A stretch of DNA of 44,321 bases from Octopus bimaculoides (GCF_001194135.2 NC_068993.1:48691015-48735335), one strand, 5' to 3'; shown: positions 24,887 to 37,320, counted from the first letter of the stretch. Notes: generated from the sequence alone by a model not told the origin. A program made the numbers and translations.

Positions 24887-25320
24887 TTGCCAGAGGAGAT
24901 AGTGGTGACATCACTCTAGTCAGACATTTTCGTGATCTCCTAGAATACAGAAATAATCGTCGTGGCTGAACTGACAGATCCCTCGGAGGACACACTGATT
25001 ATTTACCACTTGGTAAAGGAAACAAAATAATCAGGACTTAGTCGACGAGGCCCTTTTCAAATGATGACATGCGGCCTCATTTTCCATTGAAATCGATTGC
25101 CGCAGCTTTCCAGCTGGGTCAGTTCGCTATTTTCAGCAGAAGATTGGTTCGAATCCAGACGAGTGGAGTTAGGCATGGCAGGTGGCTATGGTGGATCAGA
25201 GACCAGAAGTGGAAACGTTCTGTAAGTGAAGGCTAGTTCATTCCTACTCAAGAGAAGGGTACATGCTAAGGGGCGAAACGCTTATGACTCTGAGATACCT
25301 GCTGAATCTATGGAAGGGTT
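24887..25320 (+). mobile_element. 3' fragment of a HERO-like RLE non-LTR retrotransposon
   Basis: LPEEIVVTSL*SDIFVIS*..VAELTDPSE..K*/QDLV..FSIEIDCRSFP/RWLWWIRDQKW matches RLE motifs RPD, ELTVPWE, KY, EVGCRGF and the HERO-type WLW ending. Coding relic ends at 25236. Confidence 0.8.
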
Positions 25321-25534
25321 CCCAGCATTGCGATGACTGTAGAAGAGCCTGCAAAGCCTCTGAGATTCTCTAGCAGTTTCTGTTTGGGGTAAAGCATCGT
25401 TCATATTTAATTCACATATCACACCGCAACGCCTTAAAAAGAAGGTCATGTAGAAAATCCATCTACCACTACCTAATTGGCAGGATGGATGGTCATGTAC
25501 AGAATACTTGTAATTTTAGTTGTATTAGGCTAGC

Positions 25535-25936
25535 GAGGAGGCGCAATGGCCCAGTGGTTAGGGCAGCGGACTCGCGGTCATAGGATCACGGTTTCGATTC
25601 CCAGACCGGGCGTTGTGAGTGTTTATTGAGCGAAAACACCTAAAGCTCCACGAGGCTCCAACAGGGGATGGTGGCGAACCCTGCTGTACTCTTTCACCAC
25701 AACTTCCTCTCACTCTTTCTTCCTGTTTCTGTTGTACCTATATTTCAAAGAGCCAGCCTTGTCACACTCTGTGTCACGCTGAATATCCCCGAGAACTACA
25801 TTTAAGGGTACACGTGTCTGTGGAGTGCTCAGCCACTTGCACGTTAATTTCACGAGCAGGCTGTTCCGTTGATCGGATCAACTGGAACCCTCGACGTCGT
25901 AAGCGACGGAGTGCCAACAACAACGACAACAACAAC
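25535..25936 (+). mobile_element. Full-length tRNA(Arg)-like SINE, family C, (CAA)n tail, perfect 11-bp TSD
   Basis: A box TGGCCCAGTGG, B box GTTTCGATTCC and tail CAACAACAACGACAACAACAAC. TSD ATTAGGCTAGC at 25524-25534 and 25937-25947. Confidence 0.92.
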
Positions 25937-26413
25937 ATTAGGCTAGCACAAGTTTGTTGGCTAAGCTACACAGAAATATGGAAGACATCGTCTACCGATA
26001 AAAAAATCAAAATATGACTTAATAATGCAATGTGATAACCATTTCTAAACGAAGAGTTAAACTGCGTTAAAAAATTGGCGGCCATTTTTGACGAAAGCCG
26101 ACATGAATTTAATAGGAAGGAGGACATATTGAAAAGTGTATTCATAGCTATATATAATACATACGAATGACAGAAATGTCTTTCATCATATGTCTACTCG
26201 ATCAGGAGTATAAACAAAAACAATATAAGTAAATAAGTTTATTGTGATTTAGCACGATTGGAGGCCGTATTTTGTATACAATTTTTACTTTTCAAGTCAA
26301 CGCCCATATTAACATTTCATAAAGGCGTACATGACTGTTATCATGAAATGATGTGGGGAGATGGAGGAGGTAGGTACATAAGTTTTTGTCGGTCTAGCTA
26401 GTTGCGTAGTTGC

Positions 26414-26485
<72 letters not shown>

Positions 26486-26560
26486 TTATCTATCTTTTTA
26501 TACATGTGTGTGTGTGTGCGTACGTGTGTGTGTGTGTGTGCGTGCGTGTGTGTGTGTTCG
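26414..26560. repeat. (TATC)n followed by (GT)n
   Basis: Directly visible. Confidence 0.95.
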
Positions 26561-26715
26561 CGCACGTGCACGAGAGAGGCGAGAGAAATAAAGAGGTAAA
26601 AAGGTAGAGAGAGACTGAGAGGGGGATTACCAGTGAATTAATGGTAAGACTTAAACCACTTCGTATCTTCTGATTTCGTATGAGTGCAGTATTAGAATGA
26701 CAGAACACAATTGAC

Positions 26716-26754
<39 letters not shown>

Positions 26755-27447
26755 ACATACACACACACATATATATATACATATATAGAGAGATGGAGGG
26801 AGGGGCAAAAGAAAGAGAGAATATATACATTCATATATTAATTGAGAGATAGGTAGACAGATAGACTGATCCATCCACCCATCTACCCATCCATCCATCC
26901 ATCCATACATACATACATACATACATATAAGAGAGAGAAAGACACAGTGGGTTGCGCAAAAGGAATTCAAAGAATAAAAAATACAGCAAAGCAAACTTGA
27001 ACGTAAAAAAGAAAATATGTGAAAAGGAAGTAAAAAGACAGATAAGATCAGTTCGAGTTTACAGGTAAATTGAGGTACGATGGAGAAAGTGAGATGAGGC
27101 GAAATTAAGTTAGCTCCAGTCCGGGTAGTGAGAGAGCGCTTAGGTAAGCTAGGACAAGGTATTCATTAAGGAAAAACTTCAGGTGAATACAAATAAACAA
27201 AGAGGAAGGAATAAAGGAAATGACACTTCAAAGGAAATACAGAACATAATAATATAAAAGGTGAGGAGGAGGAGGAGGAGGAGGAGGAGGAGAAGGAAAT
27301 GGAGCGTGGTTTGGGGCGAGACATGTGAAGAATGGAAACAAGCGAAAACTAAAATGTAAGAGAATATGTTCAATTAAAAAGGTGCCAAAGAAAGAGAACA
27401 TAAAAATGTACAATTGATCTACCCACACCTTTATTATTCCACCAATG

Positions 27448-27551
<104 letters not shown>

Positions 27552-27761
27552 CCTTTCTTTATTAGCCACAAGGGCCGAAAAAATAAGATTGGACATTACA
27601 AAGTGGGGTTGCATAAAAGGTCGAGTAAAAAGTCAATAACAATGAAAAATATAACAAAGAAAATGCCTAAAAGGGGAAAACAACACTAGGCTACTCATGG
27701 CGACCCCACGAGAAATCCACAAGCGCCACGACTACTAGAGCAACAGTCCTATTCCTATCTT

Positions 27762-27793
<32 letters not shown>

Positions 27794-28513
27794 AGCCTTG
27801 GAAACTCAAAAGCGCATGCTCAAAGTAGGCCCGTTGACACGAACCATCTCGCCACATTCACCCACCTTTTAACAAAATTGTTGGAAGTCAGCCCTTTTCT
27901 CTCAACCCTCACTTTCCTTTTGAGATGGTATCTGACAAAGTTGATGAGGGTTATGCCAGAGAAAAGTATTTGTCTTCAGCCCTTTCAGTCTAGACCACCA
28001 GACAACTTCTTTCGTTACAGCCACGAGACAGATGAAAATTGCCTTCTCTTACCAGTCAAAGGAAGGCAGCGGGGCAATCTTCATGATGGAATCAGCTGAC
28101 AAGCGGACACGTCCTACAACTGACAGGAAGTGTTCGACATAAACCCATATATCAGATATGCTCAGGCACTGGACGAGTGCGTGCAGAACAGTTTCGTCGC
28201 TCTTCGCACATCTCAGGCAGCTTCCGACTGACGGCACTTCCGTGCCTATAGAGTTTATCTCGAACACGCAAAGCCCCTCACCTCTATAGCACTGCCAGGC
28301 CAGGGATTTCTGGAAGTTATCCATAGGCCCCGGCCCGAAAATCTTCCAGAACAGACTGGTGAGGTGAAATTCATCGACGCCTAGAGTTTCCCGAAGAACG
28401 TCGTCGTTTCCTTTCACCACTAACCCTCTATTCAACGTCATAGTAGAACTTCCACTAACCGCATTGCTCGACTGACTGTGGAGCATGAGCTCCTGGTGAC
28501 ATTCAAGGTGCAC
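27552..28513 (-). mobile_element. L1/Tx1-clade LINE 3' fragment (ORF2 C-terminal zinc knuckle, 3' UTR, AATAAA)
   Basis: ORF 28049-28513 contains DNFQKSLAWQCYRG and CLRCAKSDETVLHALVQC (CxxC..ET..H...C). Relic continues past a stop and frameshift (AVTKEVVWWSR..FVKRW). Ends GGCTAATAAAGAAAGG(ATT)n. 5' side runs into a gap. Confidence 0.85.
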
Positions 28514-28828
28514 GTGCTAGNNNNNNNNNNNNNNNNNNNNNNNNNNNNNNNNNNNNNNNNNNNNNNNNNNNNNNNNNNNNNNNNNNNNNNNNNNNNNNNN
28601 NNNNNNNNNNNNNNNNNNNNNNNNNNNNNNNNNNNNNNNNNNNNNNNNNNNNNNNNNNNNNNNNNNNNNNNNNNNNNNNNNNNNNNNNNNNNNNNNNNNN
28701 NNNNNNNNNNNNNNNNNNNNNNNNNNNNNNNNNNNNNNNNNNNNNNNNNNNNNNNNNNNNNNNNNNNNNNNNNNNNNNNNNNNNNNNNNNNNNNNNNNNN
28801 NNNNNNNNNNNNNNNNNNNNNNNNNNNN

Positions 28829-28890
<62 letters not shown>

Positions 28891-28896
<6 letters not shown>

Positions 28897-29150
28897 CAAT
28901 TCCTATCATAGTAGGTGCCTTAGGTATAATAAAAAAATATTCAGATAAATACATAACAAAAACACGAGGACTTACAAATATATATAACATACAGAAAATT
29001 GCACTACTGGGCACTGCACACATCCTACGCAAAACACTTTCAATACAGTAACCATAAGAGCACCACAGCAAACCACAGCACATACCCAAGGCGCACAGAG
29101 CTGCGCTCGGTAGTGAAGTGAAAGCACGTTATAAAAATAAAACTACTGAA
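28891..29150 (+). mobile_element. 5'-truncated R4/Dong-like RLE retrotransposon within (AAT)n
   Basis: 28893-29051 reads KTIPIIVGALGIIKKYSDKYITKTRGLTNIYNIQKIALLGTAHILRKTLSIQ*, the R4-clade end (IP.ivGALG..IQK.ALLGTA.ILRK.L). ~100-nt 3' UTR; (AAT)n on both sides. Confidence 0.88.
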
Positions 29151-29738
29151 TAATAATAATAATAATGGTGATGATGATGATGATTTCATTTATTTGCCAC
29201 ATTTATTTTCATAATAGCAATGATATATATTCACGTATGTGTATAGACATATATCTATACATGCAGACATAGGCATGCAGATTTTCCCCGCGTCTTCTTA
29301 ATATATCTTGTATAAGTATGTTTACTGTCTGTTATTTTAGTTGCTGTAGCTCGTGTTGATGTTGTTCTTGTTGTTGTTGTCTTCGTAGCTATTTGAACTC
29401 GGAGAAGCCATGAATAAACCACTGAGAGAGACAAGTAGGTGACATGTCACCCATAACACCAATCACAACTAGCTGGCGCTTTTCAACAGTAAAAGAGTCT
29501 TTTTCCGAAAGTGTGAAGTGTTTTTCCATCTGCGTGACACTCCATTGGGACCTGGACCAACAGAGTCAGTCAGTCGATGAAAGTTCCATTAAAACCATGA
29601 AAATGCGCCATCTTGATGACAAAAAAAAATTCCTGAATCTCACAACTATTTTTCAATCTCTGTTTACGTATTTCTCACTCCTCTCTCTCTCTCCTTTTCT
29701 TACTATATATCTCTCTTTTCCTCCCTCCTTTTCACTTA

Positions 29739-29802
<64 letters not shown>

Positions 29803-30120
29803 NNNNNNNNNNTCTGCGTCTCCCTTTCACTGGATATGGACTTGTAAACTGAGCGCCAATAACTGCACCTGGACTTCATAATCTAAACACATACATATTA
29901 ACACATAGGCACACAAACACAAAAACAAAATCTATATATACGCACGTACAGATAAAGGTTAACACACAAACCACTACCGCTTTCACATACTAATACATAC
30001 AAATATCTAATACATACATATATACATACATACATATACATATATACATACATATATATCCATACATATATATGTGTATATATGTATATATATATTTATA
30101 TTTACATATATATATATTGT

Positions 30121-30151
<31 letters not shown>

Positions 30152-31443
30152 NNNNNNNNNNNNNNNNNNNNNNNNNNNNNNNNNNNNNNNNNNNNNNNNN
30201 NNNNNNNNNNNNNNNNNNNNNNNNNNNNNNNNNNNNNNNNNNNNNNNNNNNNNNNNNNNNNNNNNNNNNNNNNNNNNNNNNNNNNNNNNNNNNNNNNNNN
30301 NNNNNNNNNNNNNNNNNNNNNNNNNNNNNNNNNNNNNNNNNNNNNNNNNNNNNNNNNNNNNNNNNNNNNNNNNNNNNNNNNNNNNNNNNNNNNNNNNNNN
30401 NNNNNNNNNNNNNNNNNNNNNNNNNNNNNNNNNNNNNNNNNNNNNNNNNNNNNNNNNNNNNNNNNNNNNNNNNNNNNNNNNNNNNNNNNNNNNNNNNNNN
30501 NNNNNNNNNNNNNNNNNNNNNNNNNNNNNNNNNNNNNNNNNNNNNNNNNNNNNNNNNNNNNNNNNNNNNNNNNNNNNNNNNNNNNNNNNNNNNNNNNNNN
30601 NNNNNNNNNNNNNNNNNNNNNNNNNNNNNNNNNNNNNNNNNNNNNNNNNNNNNNNNNNNNNNNNNNNNNNNNNNNNNNNNNNNNNNNNNNNNNNNNNNNN
30701 NNNNNNNNNNNNNNNNNNNNNNNNNNNNNNNNNNNNNNNNNNNNNNNNNNNNNNNNNNNNNNNNNNNNNNNNNNNNNNNNNNNNNNNNNNNNNNNNATAT
30801 ATATATATATATATATATATACATCACCAGCGAAGTCAGTAATCTCACGAAAAAAGTTCTTGGTGTGGTGTTATCATGTATTGGATTAAAAAAGATTAAT
30901 CTGAGTATAGATGGCTTACATAATCCTTCCAATAATGTGTGGCTTATCTTGATTAAGTATTTGGTAAATTCTCGTGTAATCTAGTTCCATCTCGCAGAAT
31001 TAGAAATGTAAGAGAAATTCGATAGGAAATCGGTCTTTCGAGATTTTGAAATTAATCTAGGAAGTGGCTGCAGGTGATGGCTTAAAAGAATGAAGAATGG
31101 GAGTAAAAGAAAACACTTCCGGTATTTCATACATCTTTATTTTTAGCGAACGAAGAGTGTCTAGTCGGCCCAAAGACATAGCAGCGTGATCCCCCAGGAA
31201 GAATATTACAACCCCCCGCTGTCTTGAAATAAAATATGCGATACTAAATAAATCTTGATCTAGAAATATGCTACTGCTTTACTTAAGATTTTCGTTTTCT
31301 ATGCTGAATAAGCCATCGGCGACATTTTTACGCTGTTTTTGGCTCTGGGCTGTCTTTTCCTTAGGGAAGGCCTTCCGCTCTCAGGTCTAGTTGGTTTTGA
31401 ATCGTTATCGATATCTCTGTATCCTTGCTATTTTTTTTTCTAG

Positions 31444-31484
31444 GCAGAGAGTATTAGACCTACGTAAATCCATTTTTACTCCTG
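31444..31484 (+). other. Candidate isolated 41-nt exon
   Basis: T9CTAG acceptor and CTG|GTAAGA donor; one open frame (QRVLDLRKSIFTP); no homolog recognised. Confidence 0.25.
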
Positions 31485-31649
31485 GTAAGAAGAGGTCCAT
31501 ATTAGTTGGGCCTCTATTCTCTGATGTGTCCAGCATGGAAATACCCATGGATCTCTTGCTGACATGATCATTGTTGTGGATCAGCGGCATACAAACCGCC
31601 ATCCCGTTACAAGAAATGGACCTTCTGGGTAGAGATCAAAGCAGGGATA

Positions 31650-31748
31650 ATCGTAGAAGACCCTTGCCCAAGGTGCCATGCAGTGGGACTGAACCTGGAA
31701 CCATGTGGTTGGTTAACAAGCTACTTACCACACAGCCACTCCTGCGCC
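31650..31748 (-). mobile_element. SINE family B head
   Basis: Reverse complement reads GGCGCAGGAGTGGCTGTGTGGTAAGTAGCTTG..GGCACCTTGGGCAAG. Confidence 0.85.
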
Positions 31749-31769
31749 TATAGATACACACACACACAC

Positions 31770-31997
31770 GGCGAGCTGGCAGAAACGTTAGCACGCCGGG
31801 CGAAATGCTTAGCGGTATTTCGTCTGCCGCTACGTTCTGAGTTCAAATTCCGCCGAGGTCGACTTTGCCTTTCATCCTTTCGGGGTCGATTAAATAAGTA
31901 CCAGTTACGCACTGGGGTCGATATAATCGACTTAATCCGTTTGTCTGTCTTCGTTTGTCCCCTCTGTGTGTAGCCCTTTGTGGGTAGTAAAGAAATA
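31770..31997 (+). mobile_element. Full-length SINE family A inside a (CA)n tract
   Basis: Nearly identical to 1182-1350 in head and body, same tail type; (CA)n on both sides. Confidence 0.92.
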
Positions 31998-32003
31998 ACA
32001 CAC

Positions 32004-32036
<33 letters not shown>

Positions 32037-32355
32037 CACACACACATATATGTATAGATATTTATGAATACACGTGTGTATGCAAGTATTTGTATACGTA
32101 TCTATATAATAGATGTATGTATGTGTTTGCTATTTAAGTGTATATTACCTTTTCGATACTTATCTTATGTACTGTTAAAGCACATACCTACACATTCTCT
32201 GATGGCAAAATTTGGAATAGTATGGTAACACATCCTTTTGATATTGATATATACACATTCCTATAGACGTGAATATATTTGTGTGTGTATATCACTATCT
32301 ATATACTAGCTGGCCCCATGCCGTCAAAAATGACGACTAATTGTAGTATTTTATA

Positions 32356-32413
32356 TATAAGCTACAAAGCCTTGTGAGTGGATTTGCTAGACGGAAACTG
32401 AAAGAAGCCCGTC
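32356..32413 (+). mobile_element. SINE family B internal fragment
   Basis: AAAGCCTTGTGAGTGGATTTGCTAGACGGAAACTGAAAGAAGCCCGTCG followed by (TA)n. Confidence 0.8.
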
Positions 32414-32456
<43 letters not shown>

Positions 32457-33596
32457 AATGCATGTGCGTGTGGGTCTGTGGATGTAAATGCGTATCAGCA
32501 CTATATGCGTATATACATATGCATACATGTATAGAGTAATATGTATATTATACTTAACGTGGATGTACTGTAAGAACGCCATAATACTCCGGAGTTTGTT
32601 CTGAGAAAGCGTATCGTATAGACGTATAGCAGAAAAAAATGTCTAATACCGGTGGGGTGGGGGAGAGGCCTCTAAGTCATGTGACATCTGCCTGTTTGCG
32701 CATCATAGACAGCAGCTACACGACAACTAATAGTAATTTTATTGTCATCCTCGTCACCGATGTCATCACTGCCGCCATTTCAGGCAGCATCGCCGTCGTC
32801 GTAGTCGTTGGCTTCGTCGTCGTCGCAGTAGCAGCCAGCAATAAGTAANNNNNNNNNNNNNNNNNNNNNNNNNNNNNNNNNNNNNNNNNNNNNNNNNNNN
32901 NNNNNNNNNNNNNNNNNNNNNNNNNNNNNNNNNNNNNNNNNNNNNNNNNNNNNNNNNNNNNNNNNNNNNNNNNNNNNNNNNNNNNNNNNNNNNNNNNNNN
33001 NNNNNNNNNNNNNNNNNNNNNNNNNNNNNNNNNNNNNNNNNNNNNNNNNNNNNNNNNNNNNNNNNNNNNNNNNNNNNNNNNNNNNNNNNNNNNNNTATAT
33101 ATATGTATATATATATGTGCGTAGATGCTAATGACTTTGTTAATGATATTGATTTATACACAGTTATGAACGCCGTAGGGCGTTCTCGTCACCCGGAGAA
33201 AAATCACTTTTGGCACCCTTGCATTAATTAGCTGCTATGATAGACCTCAGGAAATATTGCATCCTCTTATAACTACGCCTCAGGTTGACTGCCAGCTATT
33301 GCTAAACTGTTGATACAGCTGGGCCTCTCACAATCGTGCACACACGCAGACACTCTTATACACATGCTTCTGATTATGATGAAATACACATGTACATACA
33401 TTCATACATACATACACACACACACATTTATGTATATATTTGAGAAGGATTTATAGTCGTTAACTAAACGTGCTTAAAGGTTTGAAGACAACTACATTGC
33501 TAGAAATAAAAGCTAAAATGCTGCAATGCTGTTATGAAGCACATATCTTACACTTTGATACGGGCTGTAATCGCCCCGAACGACAAGCCGAGAATT

Positions 33597-33649
33597 GCCT
33601 AGACTGACCGGTCAGTTTCGGCTATTTCCGTGGCTATCGTCAGCAAGGC
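33597..33649 (-). ncRNA. Minimal type I hammerhead ribozyme motif (probably Penelope-like-derived; stem II degraded)
   Basis: Minus strand: GCCTTG CTGACGA T AGCCACGGAAATAGCC GAAA CTGACCGGTCAG TC TAGGC. Core intact, GUC triplet, palindromic stem III. Confidence 0.7.
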
Positions 33650-34721
33650 CAGCTCGTTCGTCAGATTCCGGGCAACTTCACCTATCAGAAAGTGTGTCAT
33701 GTGCTTCACTTATCAAAGTATATGTTATGTGCTTTATAAGAGTATTAGAGATTTCTAGCTATTAGCTTTAGCAATGTCGGTGCCTTGACACCTTTAATCA
33801 TGTTTAGTTGACGACTATAATTCCCCTTTACGTTATAACATTCCAAGCAGCTGTTTTTATTAATTCATATATATATATATAACGGATATATATATATATA
33901 ACGGATTGATTACTAGTGATTTCTACGTAGACTCGGAGTTTATTTACGCGATATTTATTCTGCAGTGAGACTCAAACTTACTTGCAGCGACCACCTTGGC
34001 CGAACCACCAGATAACGGGATTAAGGACTTCAGAAAAAAACGTCACCGATAGTAAGCGTGTGTGTGTGTGTGCGCGCGCGTGCGCGTATGCTTATACATA
34101 CGTGCCCATGTGACATAGAAAGGGCATAAGAGTGGAAAACATTTTTTGTTTATATTCATTTATAGAGGTGATAATCGTTACCGTTGACGTATGTAGGAAT
34201 AAATCTCATATTTTTTGTCATATTTCTGTTTCCCACGCTCTCTCTCTCTCCATANNNNNNNNNNNNNNNNNNNNNNNNNNNNNNNNNNNNNNNNNNNNNN
34301 NNNNNNNNNNNNNNNNNNNNNNNNNNNNNNNNNNNNNNNNNNNNNNNNNNNNNNNNNNNNNNNNNNNNNNNNNNNNNNNNNNNNNNNNNNNNNNNNNNNN
34401 NNNNNNNNNNNNNNNNNNNNNNNNNNNNNNNNNNNNNNNNNNNNNNNNNNNNNNNNNNNNNNNNNNNNNNNNNNNNNNNNNNNNNNNNNNNNNNNNNNNN
34501 NNNNNNNNNNNNNNNNNNNNNNNNNNNNNNNNNNNNNNNNNNNNNNNNNNNNNNNNNNNNNNNNNNNNNNNNNNNNNNNNNNNNNNNNNNNNNNNNNNNN
34601 NNNNNNATATGGAAATAGAAAATATACACTTATAAGTCTATGCATATCGGTCCTAATATATACATACATATATATATATTTATACGTGGTTCCACACACA
34701 CACAATGATATGTACACCCGC

Positions 34722-34758
<37 letters not shown>

Positions 34759-35420
34759 ATCATATGCATGCAAACATATATACGTTCAAGCATGCGTTCA
34801 TGCATACAATAAGTATATAAAATCCATATGTATATGTACATACCTGTATATATAGACATACATTGATACATACGTATGTGTGTATACATATTCATATGCA
34901 TACTTTTACATACGTACGGACATGCATGTATGCATACACACATGTATACATCCGTACATACATACATACATACATACATATAGATATGGATACATACCAA
35001 CATATACATACATGAATACATACATAGATACGCAAATACGTAAATACCTACCTACATACATACATACAGAACTGGTGATAGTGAAATAATTGATGTATAG
35101 AAATGAAATTAGCTATACGTATATTAATATAATAAGCAGAAAATGGCGACAAACTGTACTTATTAATATTTCTATTAAGAGACTTATTTACCGAAGTACC
35201 CCAGATTACTTCGCATTTGGAAGAAACATTTGAAGAAACTTTCTTTTTATGCGTTATTTATTTATTTTTTCTACAGACGTTTAAATTAAAGCAGGCTCCT
35301 TTAGTTTGCAGTCACATTTTGTGACATATATGAATATGATTTCGTTCATTTTGGTTTCTTTATTTTAGCGTAGTTTTATTTAAAGCTTCTCGTATTTCAT
35401 TTTTTTTTTTATCGTTTAAT

Positions 35421-35576
35421 CTTTTACTTATTCCAGTCATTTGACTACGGTTATGCTGGGGCAGGGGAACCTCTTGGAAGGGTTTTAGTCGAAGAAACTG
35501 ACCTTGGTACTTACTCTTTTTCCATTTCAAGCTTAGTACTCTTTTTTTCGTTTTGCCGAACCGCTATGTTATGGGC
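35421..35576 (-). mobile_element. SINE family B, 3' half
   Basis: CAGTCATTTGACT.CGG..ATGCTGGGGCA..TTTTGCCGAACCGCTA is the reverse complement of the family tail. Confidence 0.7.
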
Positions 35577-35668
35577 ATATAAAGAAAGTAATACCGATTT
35601 TGAATCCTTCGTGGTGTGTGACAAAGGCAGACTTACAAAAAGACACATACACACACAAACGCACGCAC

Positions 35669-35726
<58 letters not shown>

Positions 35727-35891
35727 GCACTCATTTACATATACGACTGACTTCCACAATAGCTTCTATCTACTAAATTTAGTCTCAACGTATTGGTCAA
35801 CCTCGAGCTATAAGAGAACACAATTGACCAAAATACGGTGAAGTGGGACCGAAGCCGAAACCGCATGGTTTCAAATCGAACGCGTATAAAA

Positions 35892-36101
35892 TATTCTTTT
35901 ACTTTGGGTACAAGGCCTGAAAATTTTGGGGAGGGGGCCAATCGATTAGATCGACCCCAGTAAGCAACTGGTACTTAATTTATCGCCCCCCCCCCACCGG
36001 CAGGGTCAAGGGCAAGTCGACCTCGGCGGAATTTGAACTCAGAACGTAAAGACAGACGAAATATCGCTAAGCATTTCGCCCGGCGTGCTAAAGCTTCTGC
36101 C
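35892..36101 (-). mobile_element. SINE family A, alternative tail
   Basis: Reverse complement of the head and body; tail CCCCAAAATTTTCAGGCCTTGTACCCAAAGTAAAAAGAAT resembles that of the 23959 copy. Confidence 0.88.
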
Positions 36102-36606
36102 ATAAAATATTGACCTTAATATTTTCACAGTTCTTTGATCAGGTGGGAAAGCGGCGTCTCTGAGTCTTCAAAGGGTCTTTGAGACTGAGTGGGGAGGAGA
36201 CAGGAAAACATTTTCAATCCGAAAACATGGCTCGAATTCTCTATCACAGCCTAGCAGATTCCGTTAAAGAAACTTAATGTGGTAGATAGTGGTGTTAAAT
36301 TGAGTGTTAAATTAAAACTACCACCCAAACAGGCTATACTGAGATGTAAACTTAGAAGGTAATAAAATGGTAGAGATGCAGTTCCGCCAATCCACCGCCC
36401 TGAATTCATACTTTATATATTTATTTAATTATTTATTTATTTATTTATTCATCTATTCATTTATTTGTTTGTTTGTTTGTTTGTTTATCTTGTGACAATG
36501 AAATGTGATTTGAATTCGGAGCACCAAGTTTCAGGACGAATACTGCGAGGCTCTGATGACTATTCTCAGGTTTCCGTTTTTCATAGTATAATAAAGGTCA
36601 TTTAAT

Positions 36607-36656
<50 letters not shown>

Positions 36657-36854
36657 CATCCATCCATCCATCTGTCTTTCTGTCTGTATATCCATCTCTC
36701 TATCTAGCTTGCTAGCTACACAAACACTCACACACACACGATATTGTAAATGTATCCAAAGAAGGCACTGTAAAGCACGACACGTAAGCAAAGGTTGAGC
36801 TCTCTTGCGACTTCCACTCTCCACTCCTGCATCGAGTGTCGTAAATACAATTCA

Positions 36855-36965
36855 TTGTGTTAATCTCTGTAATTTTGTGTCTGATTCCGTCTTTATCTCC
36901 CTTGTGAAGCAATCTTGTAAATCATTTGTAGAAATCATAATTGTAAAGAAATTCCGAGAATAAGG
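36855..36965 (-). repeat. Unclassified dispersed repeat, homologous to 41362-41472
   Basis: TTACAAGATTGCTTCACAAGGGAGATAAAGACGGAATCAGACACAAAATTACA vs TTACAAGATTGTTTCACAAGAGAGATAAAGATGGAACCAGACACAAAAAATTACA. Confidence 0.75.
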
Positions 36966-37052
36966 TGTTGCCGTTCTATACGCGAGTGTATTTTCTATTA
37001 AACATTGCATACCATGCAGATACATATATGCATACATGCATGCATGCATACA

Positions 37053-37084
<32 letters not shown>

Positions 37085-37129
37085 AATCAAAAAAATGGAA
37101 CAAGAACGCAAAAGACAACAATAAAACAT

Positions 37130-37320
37130 CAGGACAGACAGACGATACGAAGACGGACAGGAAAAACAAGAAAAAGACGGACACCATAACGGACTGCATA
37201 AAATAAAGACGGGCCATTCATGGCCTTCTCTCATCAGTCAAGTTTCTAGATTATCCTTACAGTTTCGGCCGGTTACTCTTGAAATTGTTCAAATCTGGCT
37301 GGCCAGACAAGGATTCTGGA
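37130..37320 (-). mobile_element. Unclassified repeat, possibly Penelope-like terminus, copy 2
   Basis: Homologous to 16526-16650; CTGATGA..GAA on the minus strand at 37231-37237. Confidence 0.6.

Noticed and set aside
25250-25290. AAGGGTAC..GCGAAACGCTT as a hammerhead in the HERO-like 3' UTR
   Set aside because: There is no CTGAnGA core and no stem I.
25540-25615. tRNA-Arg gene
   Set aside because: The cloverleaf is imperfect, and it is the head of a 400-bp element with tail and TSD.
32303-32340. Helentron/HINE-like start (TACTAGCTG..CGTCA-AAAA-TGACG hairpin)
   Set aside because: No matching 3' subterminal repeat or second copy; a 5-bp hairpin is expected by chance.
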